Positions 36,647 to 51,626 of a stretch of DNA of 64,000 bases are shown here, piece after piece. The stretch's first letter is position 1, and each line of letters starts with the position of its first letter. The DNA comes from Octopus vulgaris. Its lineage: Eukaryota. The position numbers were made by a program, and so were the translations under genes. The notes beneath the pieces are model-generated. The model had not been told where the DNA came from and searched no databases. It saw only the letters and a list, made by a program, of their open reading frames with translations. The stretch covers positions 1,736,001-1,800,000 of the forward strand of contig OX597841.1 in assembly GCA_951406725.2 (NCBI GenBank), read 5' to 3'.

Positions 36647-37108
36647 TGAATTTGACCTGTGAAAATCTGTTTATTCATGAACTTTTGGAAATACTTGTGT
36701 GAGGGAAGTAAAAAGACTTTTTTCAAATATTTTTAATCGTTAGATAAACTTTTTTAGTCATTGGACATTTACTTTATCTTTGTCTATTAGTTTTGCTAGT
36801 TTACGAATTTTTAGTCGTTTATATTTACCTTTTTGATAGGCCGTTCTATTTGTATTTTATTTGAATATATATTTTTATCTTCTGTGTTTTTATGTATATG
36901 TATTTTTTAATTTTTTTATGAGTTTAAGAACCATGGTGATATTTATATGTGATTAAATGTTTGAGGTATGGTGTTATATATAAAGTCGTTGACTCAAATT
37001 TAATGTTTGTTCTATAACTAATGTTTCTTTATCTTCGTCTCATTTACTCTTGAGCACTTTTGCAGTCCTATGAACCCTTTTGCTTCTATAAAAAGAGACA
37101 GATATTTC

Positions 37109-37148
<40 letters not shown>

Positions 37149-37164
37149 TATATACACACACACA

Positions 37165-37733
37165 CATGAGGTGTGTTCATTAAAGATTTCTTCTGTCCAC
37201 CTTCTGGTTATTGCAGGAAACAGAACTTGTACAGGTATATTCATACATGTTTCTATGTTACATTGTAAATTGCAGCTTTCCACTAGTATTCATTTGTCTT
37301 TTACGGCTGCTGACGTGGATTAAGGTGTTATAATGGAGGCAGTTGAATGCAGATCACTGATCAGGTTCTTATGCTTGAATGGTTGTACACCAAAAGAGAC
37401 TTTTAATGAGATGAAAGAAGTTTATGGTGATGATGCACCATCATACGACGTGGTCAAGCAATGGCATCGCCAGTTCGAATGTAGTCAGACAGGTAGAAAC
37501 CGATCCTATTCCTGGACAACCACATTCCTCCATTGATGATGACTCCATCCATAAAGTGGAGGATCACCGTATAACTATTCACTAACTAGGTTTTCACAGC
37601 TGCATAAAGCAATGGGAGAAATGTGTCACCATTAGTGGTGGTTATGTAGGGAAGGACTAATGATTATGTCAAGTTTTGTGCATCCCAGTCCTTGGGAAGT
37701 AGGTCAGAGGAAATCTTTAATGAACACCTCTTG
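37165..37733 (+). mobile_element. Internally deleted mariner element
   Basis: TIRs GTGTTCATTAAAGATTTC at both ends; N-terminus MEAVECRSLIRFL..YGDDAPSYDVVKQWHRQF joined to C-terminus WEKCVTISGGYV. Confidence 0.85.
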
Positions 37734-37783
37734 TCTGTGTATATATATATACTTGTATATATAGTATACACACACACACATTT

Positions 37784-37840
<57 letters not shown>

Positions 37841-39672
37841 CATGTGCATATAGATTATATACATAATTGAAGCTAGAAGACAAAGAAAGCAATTAGCCCA
37901 TCTTTAATTACCAGTAGCAATTGTTTTGATACTACTCTGTTCTCTGTTTTAATGCTCTTGCATGTGAAAATTCTATGTGAAAAGTTGAGGGCAGCATTGA
38001 AAACATTCCAATTTTCTATTCTATCAAAATCATAACACACACACACACGTGTGTGTGTATACATTTGTATGCATAGTAAGAAGCTTGCTTCCCAACCACA
38101 TGGTTCCAGGTTCAGACCAACCAAAGCCTTGTATATAGATGCTATATTTGTGTGAGATTTGCATAACAGTTGAAAATACTGGAAAATATTTTCTGTAGAG
38201 CAATGATATCAAAACAGGAGATTGGCAAAATTTATTTGTATTATTTTCTCAGCATTACACATGTTTCATTTAATAATAGGAATTACAAAATTGTAGAGAT
38301 AGTAGAAAAGATGTAAGATATCTCCTATTAGAAATTTTTCAGGTGGAGAAGAATTTTTAATTGGGGATATCTTACATGTTTTCTACTCCATGTACAATTT
38401 TTTAACTCCTATTAGCAAATGAAACGCATGCAATGGTAAATAAATAATACTAAAAATTTCTCCATTTTCCTGTTTTGATGTGTATGTGTGTGTGTGCGTG
38501 TGTATCTATGCCTATATCTATGTATGTGTATCTGTGTGTGCATACATGCATGTGAGTGGGTACACATGTATGCATGCCTGCATGTACCCATATAGCCTCT
38601 CCCTCTCTCTCTCACACACACACACACACACAAATACACACCATTTGATCAATAAATAAATTTGTATGCTTTAAAACATCTGCTGTGTCATTATTCACAC
38701 CCACACCCACTTACTTCCAGCCTTTCACATACTTTTGGATTTATGTAAACACACACACACACACATATATATACACACATGTATTTATGAATAAAGATGT
38801 CTATTTTGAAATACATACCTCTTGAAATTAAACAGCTGTTGAATTATATATTCAGTCCAAAACAGACATATACATATACACACACATATATATATATATA
38901 TGTATATATATATATGTGTGTGTGTGTGTATGTACGAGTATGTTAATATGTATATGCATACACATATATATGTATATATACAGACATACATATAGACATG
39001 AATATAGATATATACATATATAAATATATATGCATATATGTGTGTGTGTGTGTGCGTGCCCTGTTTGTAGTTGTTTCACCTTGTCTTTGTGTTTTCTTTT
39101 GTACTTTGGGGCCATACACAAACACATACATATCATGTATATATATATATATACATATATATACACACACACACATGTATAAATATGTGCATGTGTGTGA
39201 TCTTCTGCATGGCTTCTGTCATTGGACAGTGGTGGTCAGACTGGAGCAGTATTGTGAAGCATTTAGTCAATGAAATCAATCCTAATATTTATTTTGAATC
39301 TGATACATTCTATTCTATGAGTGTAACTTTGGCAAGCTGCTAAGTTATGGGAATGCAAACAAACCAACACCAGTTGACAAGTGGCCAATGATAAATACAA
39401 AATGCACTCACACACGCATGTACATTAACTCGGGTATGTACATGCACACATACTTACACATACATATATATGTACATAAATTCAGTCACATACACACAAA
39501 GACATACACACACACGCATGACTGTGTTGTAAGAAGTTTTGATTTCCAGCCATAAGGTCCTGGGTTCAGTCCCACTATGTGGGCCCTTGGGCAAATATCT
39601 TCTACTACCTGGACCAACCAAAGCCCTGTGAGTGGATTTTGGTAGATGGAAACTGAAAGAAGCTCATCATGT

Positions 39673-39715
<43 letters not shown>

Positions 39716-42032
39716 CATCGTTGTCATTTAATGCCTGCTTTCCATGCTAGAATGGGTTGGACGGTTTGACTGTGGGCTGGCGAACCAGATGGCTGCACCA
39801 AGCTCCAGTCTTGATCTGGCAGAGTTTCTGCAGCTGGATGCCCTTCCTAACGCCAACCACTCCAAGAGTGTAATGGGTGCTTTTATGTTCCACCGGCACA
39901 GGGGCCAGTCAGGCGGTACTGGCAACGACCTCGCTCGAATTCTTTACACATGCCAACGGCACAGGTGCCAGTAAGGCAATGCTGGTAACGATCCTGCTCG
40001 AATGGTGCCTCCTACATGTCACTGGCACGGAAGCCAGTTAGCCACTCTGGCAACGATCATGCTCAGATGGTGCTCTTAGCACCCTACTAGCACGGGGCAC
40101 AAGTGCCAGTAAGGCAAGGCTGGCAATGATCACGCTCGTGCCCGTCATCGAATTTCACTTTGATTTTGATTTCAGTTTCGATTTCACTTGCCTCAACAGG
40201 TTTTCGCAAGCAGAGATTAGTGTTCAGAGAAGGAAAAGGTACGCACAAGTTGGCTGGTTACACCCCTGGTACAGACAAACGAGGTTATGGTCTCATTTGG
40301 CTTGCCGGGTCTTCTCAAGCACAGCATATTTCCAGAGGTCCCGTTCACTAGTCATTACCTTGGTGAGGCCCAGTGTTTGAAGGTCATGCTTCACCACCTC
40401 GTCCCAGGTCTTCCTGGGTCTACCTCTTCCACAGGTTCCCTCAACTGCTAGGGTGTGGAACTTTTTCACACAGCTATCCTCATCCATTCTCGCTACATGA
40501 CCATATCAGCGCAGTCGTCTCTCTTGCACACCACATCTGATGCTTCTGAGGTTCAACTTTTCTCTCAAGGTACTTACACTCTGTCGAGTATGCACACTGA
40601 CATTACACATCCATCAGAGCATGCTGGCTTCATTCCTTGCGAACTTACGCATGTCCTCAGCAGTCACAGCCCATGTTTCACTGCCATGTAGCATGGCTGT
40701 TCATACACATGCGTCATGCAGTCTACCTTTTACTCTGAGCAAGAGGCCCTTTATCACCAGCAGGGGTAAGAACTCTCTGAACTTTGCCCAAGCTATTCTT
40801 ATTCTAGCAGCTACACTTTCAGAGCACCCTCCCCCACTACTGACTTGGTCACCTAGGTAATGGAAGCTATCAACTACTTCTAGTTTTTCTCCCTGGAATG
40901 TGGCAGAAGTTGTTCTCTGCACGTTGTCAGTGTTTATTGCACCCGAGCATCTGTCACATACAAAAGCTATCTTCCCAGTTAGCCTTCCTTTCATATTGCT
41001 GCACCTCTTATGTGTCCATAGCTTACACTGGGTACATCTTATAGAGTTTCTACCTACACCTCTACTACAGATCGAGCAGGGCCATCTACCAGAAGGGATT
41101 TGTGGTTTGCCTGCCTTCCTGCTTATTAGGACTTTGGTTTTAGCTACATTGCTCTAAGGCCCTTTGATTCTAATCCTTGTTTCCACACTTGAAACTTCTC
41201 CTCTAGTTCTGATAGTGACTCAGCAATTAGAGCAAGGTCATCAGCATAGAGGAGCTACCAGGGGCATCCTGTCTTGAATTCCTCCGTTATTGCCTGGAGG
41301 ACTATGATAAATAGGAGGGGGCTGAGGACTGAACCTTGGTGGACCCCTACCTCTACCCGGAATTCTTCATGGTACTCGTTGCCAACCCTCACCTTACTTA
41401 CAGCGTCCCTGTACATGACTTGCACAGCTCTCACTAACCATTCATCTATCCCTAGTTTCCTCATTGACCACCAGATAAGTGATCGGGGGACCCTGTCAAA
41501 ATTTTCTCCATGTCAATGAAAGCGATGTACAGGGGCTTATCTTTGGTTAGGTATTTCTCCTGCAGCTGTCTTACCAGAAATATAGCATCAGTGGTGCTTT
41601 TTCCTGGCACGAAACCAAACTACATCTCATCCAAACTGACTCTCTCCCTATTTAGTTGGGCTATGACCCTCTGTGACCTTCATTACCTGATCCAGCAGCT
41701 TAATACCTCTGTCATTATTTGTATCTAAAGCGTCACCTTTACCTTTGTAGCAGTTGACTATTATGCTGCTACACCAGTCATTGGGTATGACTCCTTCGTG
41801 TAACACCTGGTTAACTATACAGGTGACTAGGCTATAGCCAACACTGCCAGATATTTTGAGCATCTCTGCAGTAATTCCTGATGGGCCTGGGGCTTTCCCT
41901 GTCTTCATACTTCTAATTGCCTTAACTACCAAAGAACTGTCAACTCGGATAGCTGGTCCCTCCGTTGGGTCGACATTCGGCAGACTCTCTTTATCCCATT
42001 CATTTTCTTTATTCAGCAACCTTTCATAATGG
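39716..42032 (-). mobile_element. Longest RTE-PHD LINE copy (RT domain to 3' tail), inactivated
   Basis: GKAPGPSGITAEML, GVHQGSVLSPLLF, LLYADDLALIAES, PHD finger and GRGRPRKTW, with stops and frameshifts; four UTR units; both ends in TA repeats. Confidence 0.92.
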
Positions 42033-42589
42033 CATATATATATATACATATACACACAAATACATACATATATATGTTTGTGTGTGTGTGTGTAGATATA
42101 TATATATATATTAGGAGGAGCATCCAGTGATACAAGCCATGTCAAAACAGGCAATTGGAGTCTGGTGCAACTCCTCAACTTACCTGTTTTGGTCAATCCA
42201 TCCAACCCATGCCAGCATGGACAACAAATGTTATATGATGATGATGATATAAACCTGTGTATCATACCAAATCCAGATACGTCATAGAAAGCTAAAGTAG
42301 CTGAGGTGTTTATCCATAGATAACATGTCTTATGGGTGTACTATTCTGTCACTCTCCGTTGCTTATCTTTGATCTATATATGCAAATATTTGTATGTGGA
42401 CGTGTGAATCTGTTTTATTCAAGTATGTATAATTATTTGTATTTATATTTCTCGTGTATTATGTTGACGAAGAAAAAAAAGCCTGTTTCTATGGCTTTAA
42501 TCTAGAGATTGGACCCAATTCACAATTAATGTGAAGTCTTTTTTAATGTTTTTTCAGTTGCTTGCCTACAATCCGTGTATATTTTTGGA

Positions 42590-42850
42590 GTTGCTCAGTA
42601 GTATCTGAATGCCTTAATTTGTTGTTTATGCACATTTACACGGCTGGTCAGTTTCTTTCCTGTCTCTTCAATGTAGTCTTCATTGAATTGTGGGCATGTG
42701 ATGCAGTAGATGAGGGTTTTTGTTTTTTGTTTGCATTCACTTTTAATTCCTTCCTATTCTTGCATCTTTTGGTTGTCCCTCACTCAATTAATTTGCATGT
42801 CCCACAACAAGGGTCTCCACAGTTGGTTACTTGCATCGTTTCTGGATTGC
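42590..42850 (-). mobile_element. Penelope-like GIY-YIG endonuclease fragment
   Basis: CGDPCCGTCKLI...LIYCITCPQFNEDYIEETGKKLTSRVNVHKQQI (frameshifted). Confidence 0.75.
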
Positions 42851-42856
42851 CTCAGG

Positions 42857-44110
42857 TTTTCCGTCCATAAAGGGTTAAGCTTTATGGCATATCATCAGAC
42901 CCCAAAACCTGTTGGCCTATGACCTCTTCAAAATATGGAGTGGGGAAAAGCCTTGCAACTCAAAGATAAAGAAGTATCAGCCATAGGCACAAGAACAGAG
43001 CCAGCAACACCACTACCATTGCCACAGCTGACAGCATTAGCAACAATAGCAATAACAGCATCAGTGACAACATTTGCAGTTCCCACAATGGCAGCAACAC
43101 TAACAATAACAACAGCAGCATCACTATCAACACCAGACTTACCAATAGCTTCCCTAACATCTACAGTAGTAGACCTGACAACCCCTATAGGTGCAACAAC
43201 AACAGGTCCAGTGCCACCACCAGCTATAACAGCAGCAACAGTGACCCTGGCAGAAACACCAGCAGAATCTCGGCTAATGACACCTCTGGCAGCAATGGCA
43301 ACTCCCCTACTGTTGGCAAGGACTGCAACAATAACGATGGTGCCTTAACTATAACAGGCAGTGGTGATAACATTACTGACGTCACCACTTCAAGTGATGC
43401 CAATACCAGCAGTCACAGCTCCAACAACTATGTCGGTGACAGCAGCAGCAACAACAACAGCAACAGCAACAACACCAATAGGTACAGCACCAACAACACA
43501 CGCCCACATAGAAACATCAGATGTTCTGAGAAATCTTTCAAGCAGTGTATTTCCAATCATGTCTTCTTCCAAAGTTCTTGAAAGGAGAGATGTAACATCA
43601 CTGGCCAGCCATGTCTGGCAACTAGGAGACAATGGGATACCATACGCAATCTCATGGAAAATCCTTGAGACCTCAGGCCCCTACATCAACGGGACGAAAC
43701 GTTACTAGTTATGCATAGCTGAATGCATGAGAATCCTAAAGGACTCACTCAAACCAGGGAACATCCTCAACTCCAGAATGCAGATCTTCAGGCCATGTTT
43801 ACATTTTAGGAGGTTCCTGCTAACGTTTTGGAGCCCACAAGATGGTGGTTCAGCCAGAAGTCAGTAGCTAATAGCAAACGGAGATAATTCCCAATTATTT
43901 ACCTTTGAGTAGCAAGGCTTTTCACCCTCCATATTTTGAAGAGTTCACAGGTCAACAGGTTTTGGGGTCAGACAATACACCATAAAGCTAAACTTTTTAT
44001 GGACAGGAAACATAAGGTAGTGTCATAAACCAGCCTTCCCCATTTTTAATATATACTGCTCTACATCTTAGAGTGTGCTTCTTTCCAGATTTATGAGTTC
44101 TGCAAACGAT
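42857..44110 (+). mobile_element. Penelope-like element: GIY-YIG C-terminus, terminal repeat and inverted partial terminal repeat
   Basis: TSLASHVWQL..ISWKILETSGPYINGTKRY*LCIAE..ILNSR..PCLH at ~43595-43830; ~110-bp imperfect IR at 42861-42970 vs ~43898-44006. Confidence 0.75.
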
Positions 44111-45289
44111 ATATATATAAATATATATACATATACATATATATATATACATGCATATATATATATATATATATACATACATGCATATAAATATATATAC
44201 ATACATATACATATATACATGTGTATATGTATATATATAGGAGAAGAAATGGATAAAGTAACAATAACAAATGAACAAAATAACAATATTTTCTTCTATA
44301 TAACCTAAATTCCAGTTTACCAACCGAACCACTGGCTACCGTACAACCTTACAAAAGCCTGTACTTACCCAGCTAATAGCCAGGAGCAACTCTGGATTTA
44401 ATTATCCCTTAGAGGTATTAAACCCCACTAACTTGATATCTATACACACACACACACATACATATATATACATATACAAATATATATACATATATATACA
44501 CACACACATATATATCGATAAATAGATATACATATGTTATACATATATATGTATATATAAGTGCAGGAATGGCTGTGTGGTAATTAGCTTACCAACCACA
44601 TGGTTGGGAAGCCTTGTGAGTGGGTTTGGTAGATGGAAACTGAAAGAAGCCTGTCATAACTGCTAAGTTATGGGTACATAAACACAGACATGCAAACATA
44701 TATATATATATATATCGCTTGACAATGCTGGTGTGTTTATGTTCCTATAACTTAGCAGTTCAGCAAAAGAGACTGACAGAATAAGTAATTGGCTTACAAA
44801 GAATAAGTCCTGAAGTCGATTTGTTTGACTAAAAGGTGGTGCTCCAGCATGGCCACACTCAAATAACTGAAACAACTAAAAGAATAAATATATATTATAT
44901 ACACACACACACACACATATATATGCATACATATATATCTCTGTGTCTGTGCATGCCTATGTAATCACACACATATATACATATGTATGTATCTGTGTGT
45001 GTGTGCGTGTATGTGTGTGTATATATTTTTGCATACTCACACGTACATTCATATATTTGTACATGCATGCACATTTCCATCTATCCATACAAACCCACTT
45101 ATCCATCACCACCACCACCCCACTCTTCTCCTCCCCATTGCCCCCAAATATCAATTATAGGTAAACAACATCTAACAATGTTCAATGTTGTTCACCATTG
45201 TTTAACAATATTGAACAATAGTGAATAAAAACAGGGGAAAATGCCTGATGTAAAGCATCAAGGAAGTCAATGAAAAAACTAAACAAAAA

Positions 45290-46620
45290 TAAGGCTGCCT
45301 ATCCGTCCATCTGTCTGGTTGCTTGAATGCTTGGTTGTGTCTCTTCTTGGTTGCCTGCTTGGTTGACTGCCTGTCTGCCTGGCTGTCTAGCACTCAGGCT
45401 TGTCTAGCTGCCTGGTTGCTTGAATACCTGGTTGTGTCTCTTCTTGGTTACCTGGTTGTCTGGTTGCCTGATTGTCTTGCTCTCTGCTTGTCTGTCTAAT
45501 TGTTTCAATCCTGTTTAGTTGCCTAGTTGTCTGTTTGGTTGCCTGGCTGCCTCTCTTGTTGCCTGCCTGACTGCCCGGTTGATTAGCTACCTAGCTGTCT
45601 AACTTCCTGGCTGCCTGACAGCCTGTTTACTTGACAGCTTGCTGACCATCTGCATGGCTATCTGGTTGGTTGAATGCCTTGTGTCCCCTCTTGGTTGCTT
45701 GGCTGCATTGCAGTCTGACTGTCTTACTCTCTCTCTATCTGTCTTGTTGCCTCACTTCTTGGTTTGGTTGCCTGTTTGCTTGACAGCCGAGCTCTCCACC
45801 TGCCTGGTTGCCTCACTGCCAAGCTGCCAGTCTGCTTGATGGTCTGTCTGCCTGGCTAACTGGCTGCATGATTCCCTAGCTGTCCCTCTCATTCTTTGGC
45901 TGCCTGGTTGCCTGTCTACTTGGCTTCCTGGTTGTTTGCCTGTCTCCTTGGCTGCTTGACTGCCTGAGTGCATGACTGTCCAGATGCCTGTTTATTTTGC
46001 TGCCAAGCTGCTTAAGTGCTTAGCTGTCAGACCGTTTGACTGTCCATCAGTTGCATGGTTGCCTGGCTATTTTTTGTTTAGCTACAAAGTCATCAACCTT
46101 CATGCTAGCCTGATTGCTTGGTTGTCTGTCTACCTAGCAGTCTGATTCACTGACTGACTGACTGCAAAGCTAGCTGGTTGCCTGGTTGCTGGTCTACTGG
46201 TTTATTTTGCTGCCTGGTTACCTATCTCACTATCCATCTGCCTGTCTGACTACTTAAACTGTCTGTCTGTCAGGCACCCAAGTTGCCTGGCTGCCCTTCT
46301 TTCATGTTACCTGGCTTCCTGACTGCCTGGCCAACTGACTGTCTGTGTGCTAAGCTGTCCAGATGTCTGTCCTTCTGATCAGCTGCCTGTCTATTTGGCT
46401 GTCTGGCTGCTCGACTGCTCGACTGCCTGGTTGCCTGTCTACCTGGCTACCAGGCTGCCCAACTGCCCAGCTGCCCTACTGCCTGTCTTCTTAGCTGCCT
46501 GGTTGCCTGACAGCCTGGCTGCCAGGCTACTTGACTGCCTGAGTGCTTGTTTGTCTGGATGTCTGTCTGTTTATTTGCTTACCTGGCTGCTTGGCTGTCT
46601 GCCTGTCTATCTTCCTCACC
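45290..46620. repeat. Degenerate (TGCC/TGGC/TGTC/TGGT) low-complexity tract
   Basis: Recurrent TGCCTGG.TG words over ~1.3 kb; the + strand is strongly A-poor. Confidence 0.8.
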
Positions 46621-46805
46621 CCATTCCCGCCAACCCACCAGTCTTCCCTCCTTCCCCTCCTTCTTGCCTCCCCACCTTCACCGCTTTCCCCACCTGCCTG
46701 CCTGCCTCACTGTTTTCTCCCTGTCTAACTTAGACTTTTTTTTTACTTCGATCAATTGTTACACAAAGAGAGAAAGACAGAGAAAGAAAGACAGTACAAC
46801 AGAGT

Positions 46806-46842
<37 letters not shown>

Positions 46843-47969
46843 TAAAAGAAAGAGAGTAAAAGAAAGAGCCAAACAGTAGAGAGATTATTCTTTCTGTTTG
46901 GAGATATTTTCAACCTGCGTTGGATGTTCTCTGATTTGTTAAAAAACAGACGATGGACAACGTTCTCAGCTTGTTTTTGTTAATCTAACATTGGAAAATA
47001 TCCTCTCTTTCTTTTTATAATTTCTCTTTCACTTTATATTTTGCCTTTTGGTTTTGTTTTCGCTTTTCATGCATTCAATGGATTAACAATTATTAATACA
47101 TCATAATTACTGCTGACTAATTAATTAATTTGTTAATTAGTTAATTAATTGAAGAAAATGAAATATATTTAGATTTCATGTATATATATTTCAAATTGGA
47201 TAAAAGGTAAGGATTTTGTTTTTCTTAAAAAACATAATGTGTGTGTGTGTATCACTATCTATGTATGTATGTATGTATGCCTGTGTATATATATGTGCGT
47301 GTGTGTACATTTATAAATATACACACACATATGTAAACAGACATATTTTTGCATACATGCACAAAAATGTGTAACTGTATTCTTTGTGTGTGTGTGTATG
47401 TATGCATTTTTGTATATATGTATGTATGCATGCATGCATTTATGTATGTTTGTATGTATTTATTTATATTTGTACATATGCATGTATGTATTTATTTATG
47501 TATGCATGTGTGTATGTATATATTTATGTATCTATGAAACTATCTATCTCTCTATCCATCTATCTATCTACATATATGTCTTGTCTATTTGTCTGTCTAT
47601 GTATCAATGTGTATATATATTGTACACACTCACTAACTTATGCGTATGTGGGTGGCTCTATATGATTATAAACACACACACATGCACATGTATATATAAT
47701 GTTCAAATTGGTTGGGACCTCACCCATCAGACTGTAACAAGCAACTCATTCCAAAAATGCAGATAGATGAGACTTGAAGTCCTAATCATATATTAACTTC
47801 TTTTCAACTATATATTGTGGCAGTGCAGTAAGAAGATTGTTTCCCAAACACATGGTTCTGAGTTCAGTCCCATTCACTTGGGCAACTGTCTTCTACAATA
47901 GCCTCAAGCCAATCAAAGCATTGTATTTGGATTTGGTAGATGGAAACTGAAAGAAGCCTAACATGTTCA

Positions 47970-48013
<44 letters not shown>

Positions 48014-48579
48014 ATATATATATATACAAAGACACATACACACATACATATATGTGCATGTATATGCATATATATATATATATATATACATTTTCTTTTT
48101 TGTTTTCGTTTTCTTTTTCTTCTTCTCCAAGTAAGTTTTATTACATACATATATACATTTTCTTTTTCGTTTTCATTTTTTTTTCTTCTTCTCCAAGTAA
48201 GTTTTATTATATACATACATACATTTTCTTTTTCGTTTTCATTTTCTTTTTCGTTTTCATTTTCTTTTTCGTCTTCTTCAAGTAAGTTTTATTACATACA
48301 TACATACATACATAAAGGGTGGTGCAGAAACTTAGCATTTCAGTGAAAAAGGGTGATAAAATAAGTAACAGGCTTAACAAAAAAATAAGTTCTGGGGTTG
48401 ATTCATTCAACTGAAACAAATTCTTCAAGGCAGTGCTCCACCATGGTCACAACCTATTGACTGAAACAAGTAAAAGATAAAAGATACATATATACCAAAG
48501 ATACATGTGTGTGTGCATGTGTGTACGCTCACACATGCATATATATATATATATATATATAATACACGAGCATGAATGT

Positions 48580-48696
48580 GTATGTGTATGCATTTGTACA
48601 GGTAAGAAAGTATAAGTTAAATTTAAATTTTTAAGTCACACTTTAAAAATCAAATTTAACTTATACTTTCTTACCTGTACAAATGCATACACATAC
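48580..48696. repeat. Perfect 45-bp inverted repeat with 27-nt spacer
   Basis: 48580-48624 is the reverse complement of 48652-48696. Confidence 0.9.
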
Positions 48697-49164
48697 GCAT
48701 TATAGAAAAACAACTTTTCATTTCAGTTGGTTCACAAAAGATGATATCTAAAAAACAAGAAAGTAGAACAAATATATTTCTTTTCTTTTCTTAATTGAAC
48801 TGAAAAAAAAAGATCATTCCCTTTTTATGCAAAAAACATGTATGTAGGTATATACAGATTTGTGTGTGTGTGTGTACTGAATCTGTACATGTGGATTTGC
48901 TATTTCTTGTGTGTGGGCATATGTCAGCGTGCTTTTTTTTATTCATGTGTGTTAACGTAATAAAATCGTTATTAAACTACCATTAGTAAAATGTTGAAAA
49001 TTTTCATTTCTATGTTGATATATTAAGGAACAAAATTTTTCCACTTTGAAGGTTCCATTCATGCATTTATAACTATATTTATAAAGTCATTTTATTGTTT
49101 CCTCTACTGTTTCCACAAAAATTCGGGAATATCAAGCAAATGTAAGAGAAACTATGTATGTATG

Positions 49165-49198
<34 letters not shown>

Positions 49199-49284
49199 TG
49201 TATGTATGTATGTATGTATGTGTGTGTGTATGTATGTGTGTATGTATGTACATATACATATATAAATACACACATATATATATT

Positions 49285-49318
<34 letters not shown>

Positions 49319-49339
49319 CATACATATATACATACATAT

Positions 49340-49391
<52 letters not shown>

Positions 49392-49701
49392 ATATACATA
49401 TATATATATACATGTATATATGTACATTCATATATATATTTATCTCTATTAATGTTTGTTTTTATGTTCAGTTATAATGAAGGATTACTCTATACTTTTC
49501 TAGAGTACAAATTTATCATTCTTAAACAAGAATGTTACTGAAAGTGACTTCAAGTTTCAATTAGCTAGTGTTGAACTGCCCAGTCCGATGATGGCTTAGC
49601 TGGCCAAAACTTCAAAGTCACTATCAATAGTATTGAGTGTTTGAGAATAATATACATATATGTATGTATGCATGTATAGTATATATCTATATGTATGTAT
49701 A

Positions 49702-49771
<70 letters not shown>

Positions 49772-49995
49772 CATACATATTTATATATGTATATATGCAT
49801 ATATATATATACATACTTGTATACATGTATATATGCCTACATACGTAATACATACATATATATGTGTGTGTATGTATGTATATATATGTATATATATGTA
49901 TGTATGCATATCTATATATATATATATATATATATATACCTGCATATATACATACATATATATATATATACATATATATATACATATATATATAT

Positions 49996-50034
<39 letters not shown>

Positions 50035-51343
50035 TATGCATACATACACATGTGTACATAAATTTATATATATGCATACATGCATATATACATACAAACA
50101 TACATGCATACCTGCTTACTTACAAACATTTATCAGTATATCCATCTGTATACACCCCACACACACACACTTGCACACACCCATATACACATGCAAACAG
50201 TCATACAGGTGTATATAGTTTTGCATACAGTCACACACAAGTATGTTTAACTATTTTTATCAATCAGTTTATCTATTTCTCAGTCTGTCTGTCAATCTGT
50301 CTGTGTATGCATGAATATGTATGTATATTGTACACACTCAAAAATAAGCATATGTGTGGGTATGATTTTATATTCAGTTAGAATGAAAACAATATATAAT
50401 TATAAACACACACACGCATATTTATATATATGTAATGTTCAAGTTGGCTGGGGCTTCAGCTATGAGATTGTACAAACAATTCTAGAAATACAGATGGATG
50501 AGATGTGTGTGTGTGCGTGCGTGCATGTGTGCGTGCGTGCATGTGTGCGTGCGTGCATGTGTGCACTTGTGTATATGTATGCACATGTGTGTGTATGCAT
50601 GCACATGCATTTGTTTGCAAGTGAGAAATAGCAGGTAACTAATAAATTTGATTCTTAAAATCTGACTTTCTATATTTGACTTCTAGAATTGTAGAAAATC
50701 AGCTTTTTAGTTGGTTCACAAAAGATAATATCTGAAAAAATAGAAGCAGAACAAATTTCTTTCTTTTCCTTTTTTCATTAAGATGAAAAAAAAATTACTT
50801 TTAACAAAATATGTATGTACTTTTGTTTGTGTGTGTGTGCGCGCGCGCGTGCATATGTGAGTGTGTCTGTGTGTGTGTGCATGTATGTATATATATATAT
50901 ATGTTATGTATATATGTGTATGTATATGTATGTATATATGTGTGTGTGTGTATGTGTGTATGTGTATATATGCTTGCACACACACATAGACACACACCTG
51001 TACACATATTTATATATGTATATCTAATGTTCATCAGACTGTACCCGCAATGTGTGTGTGTGTGTGTGTGCATGTATGTGTGAGTATTATGTGCAGGTGG
51101 GACATGTGTAAGTTAATAATAAATTTGATTCTTAAAGTGCGACTTTGTATTTGATTTTTAAAATTGTAGAGAAACAATTTCTCTTTTCAGTTGGTTCGCA
51201 AAAGATAATGTCTAAAAAATGAAGCGGAACAAATATATTTGTTTTCTTTTTTTTAATCGAGACAAAAATCATTCTTTTATGCAAAACATATGTATGTATG
51301 TACACATACATATATATATATAAATATATATCTTTAAATATAA

Positions 51344-51583
<240 letters not shown>

Positions 51584-51626
51584 TTGTTGTGCAAGATTTT
51601 TTATGTGAAGTCGTGTGTTGAAACAG

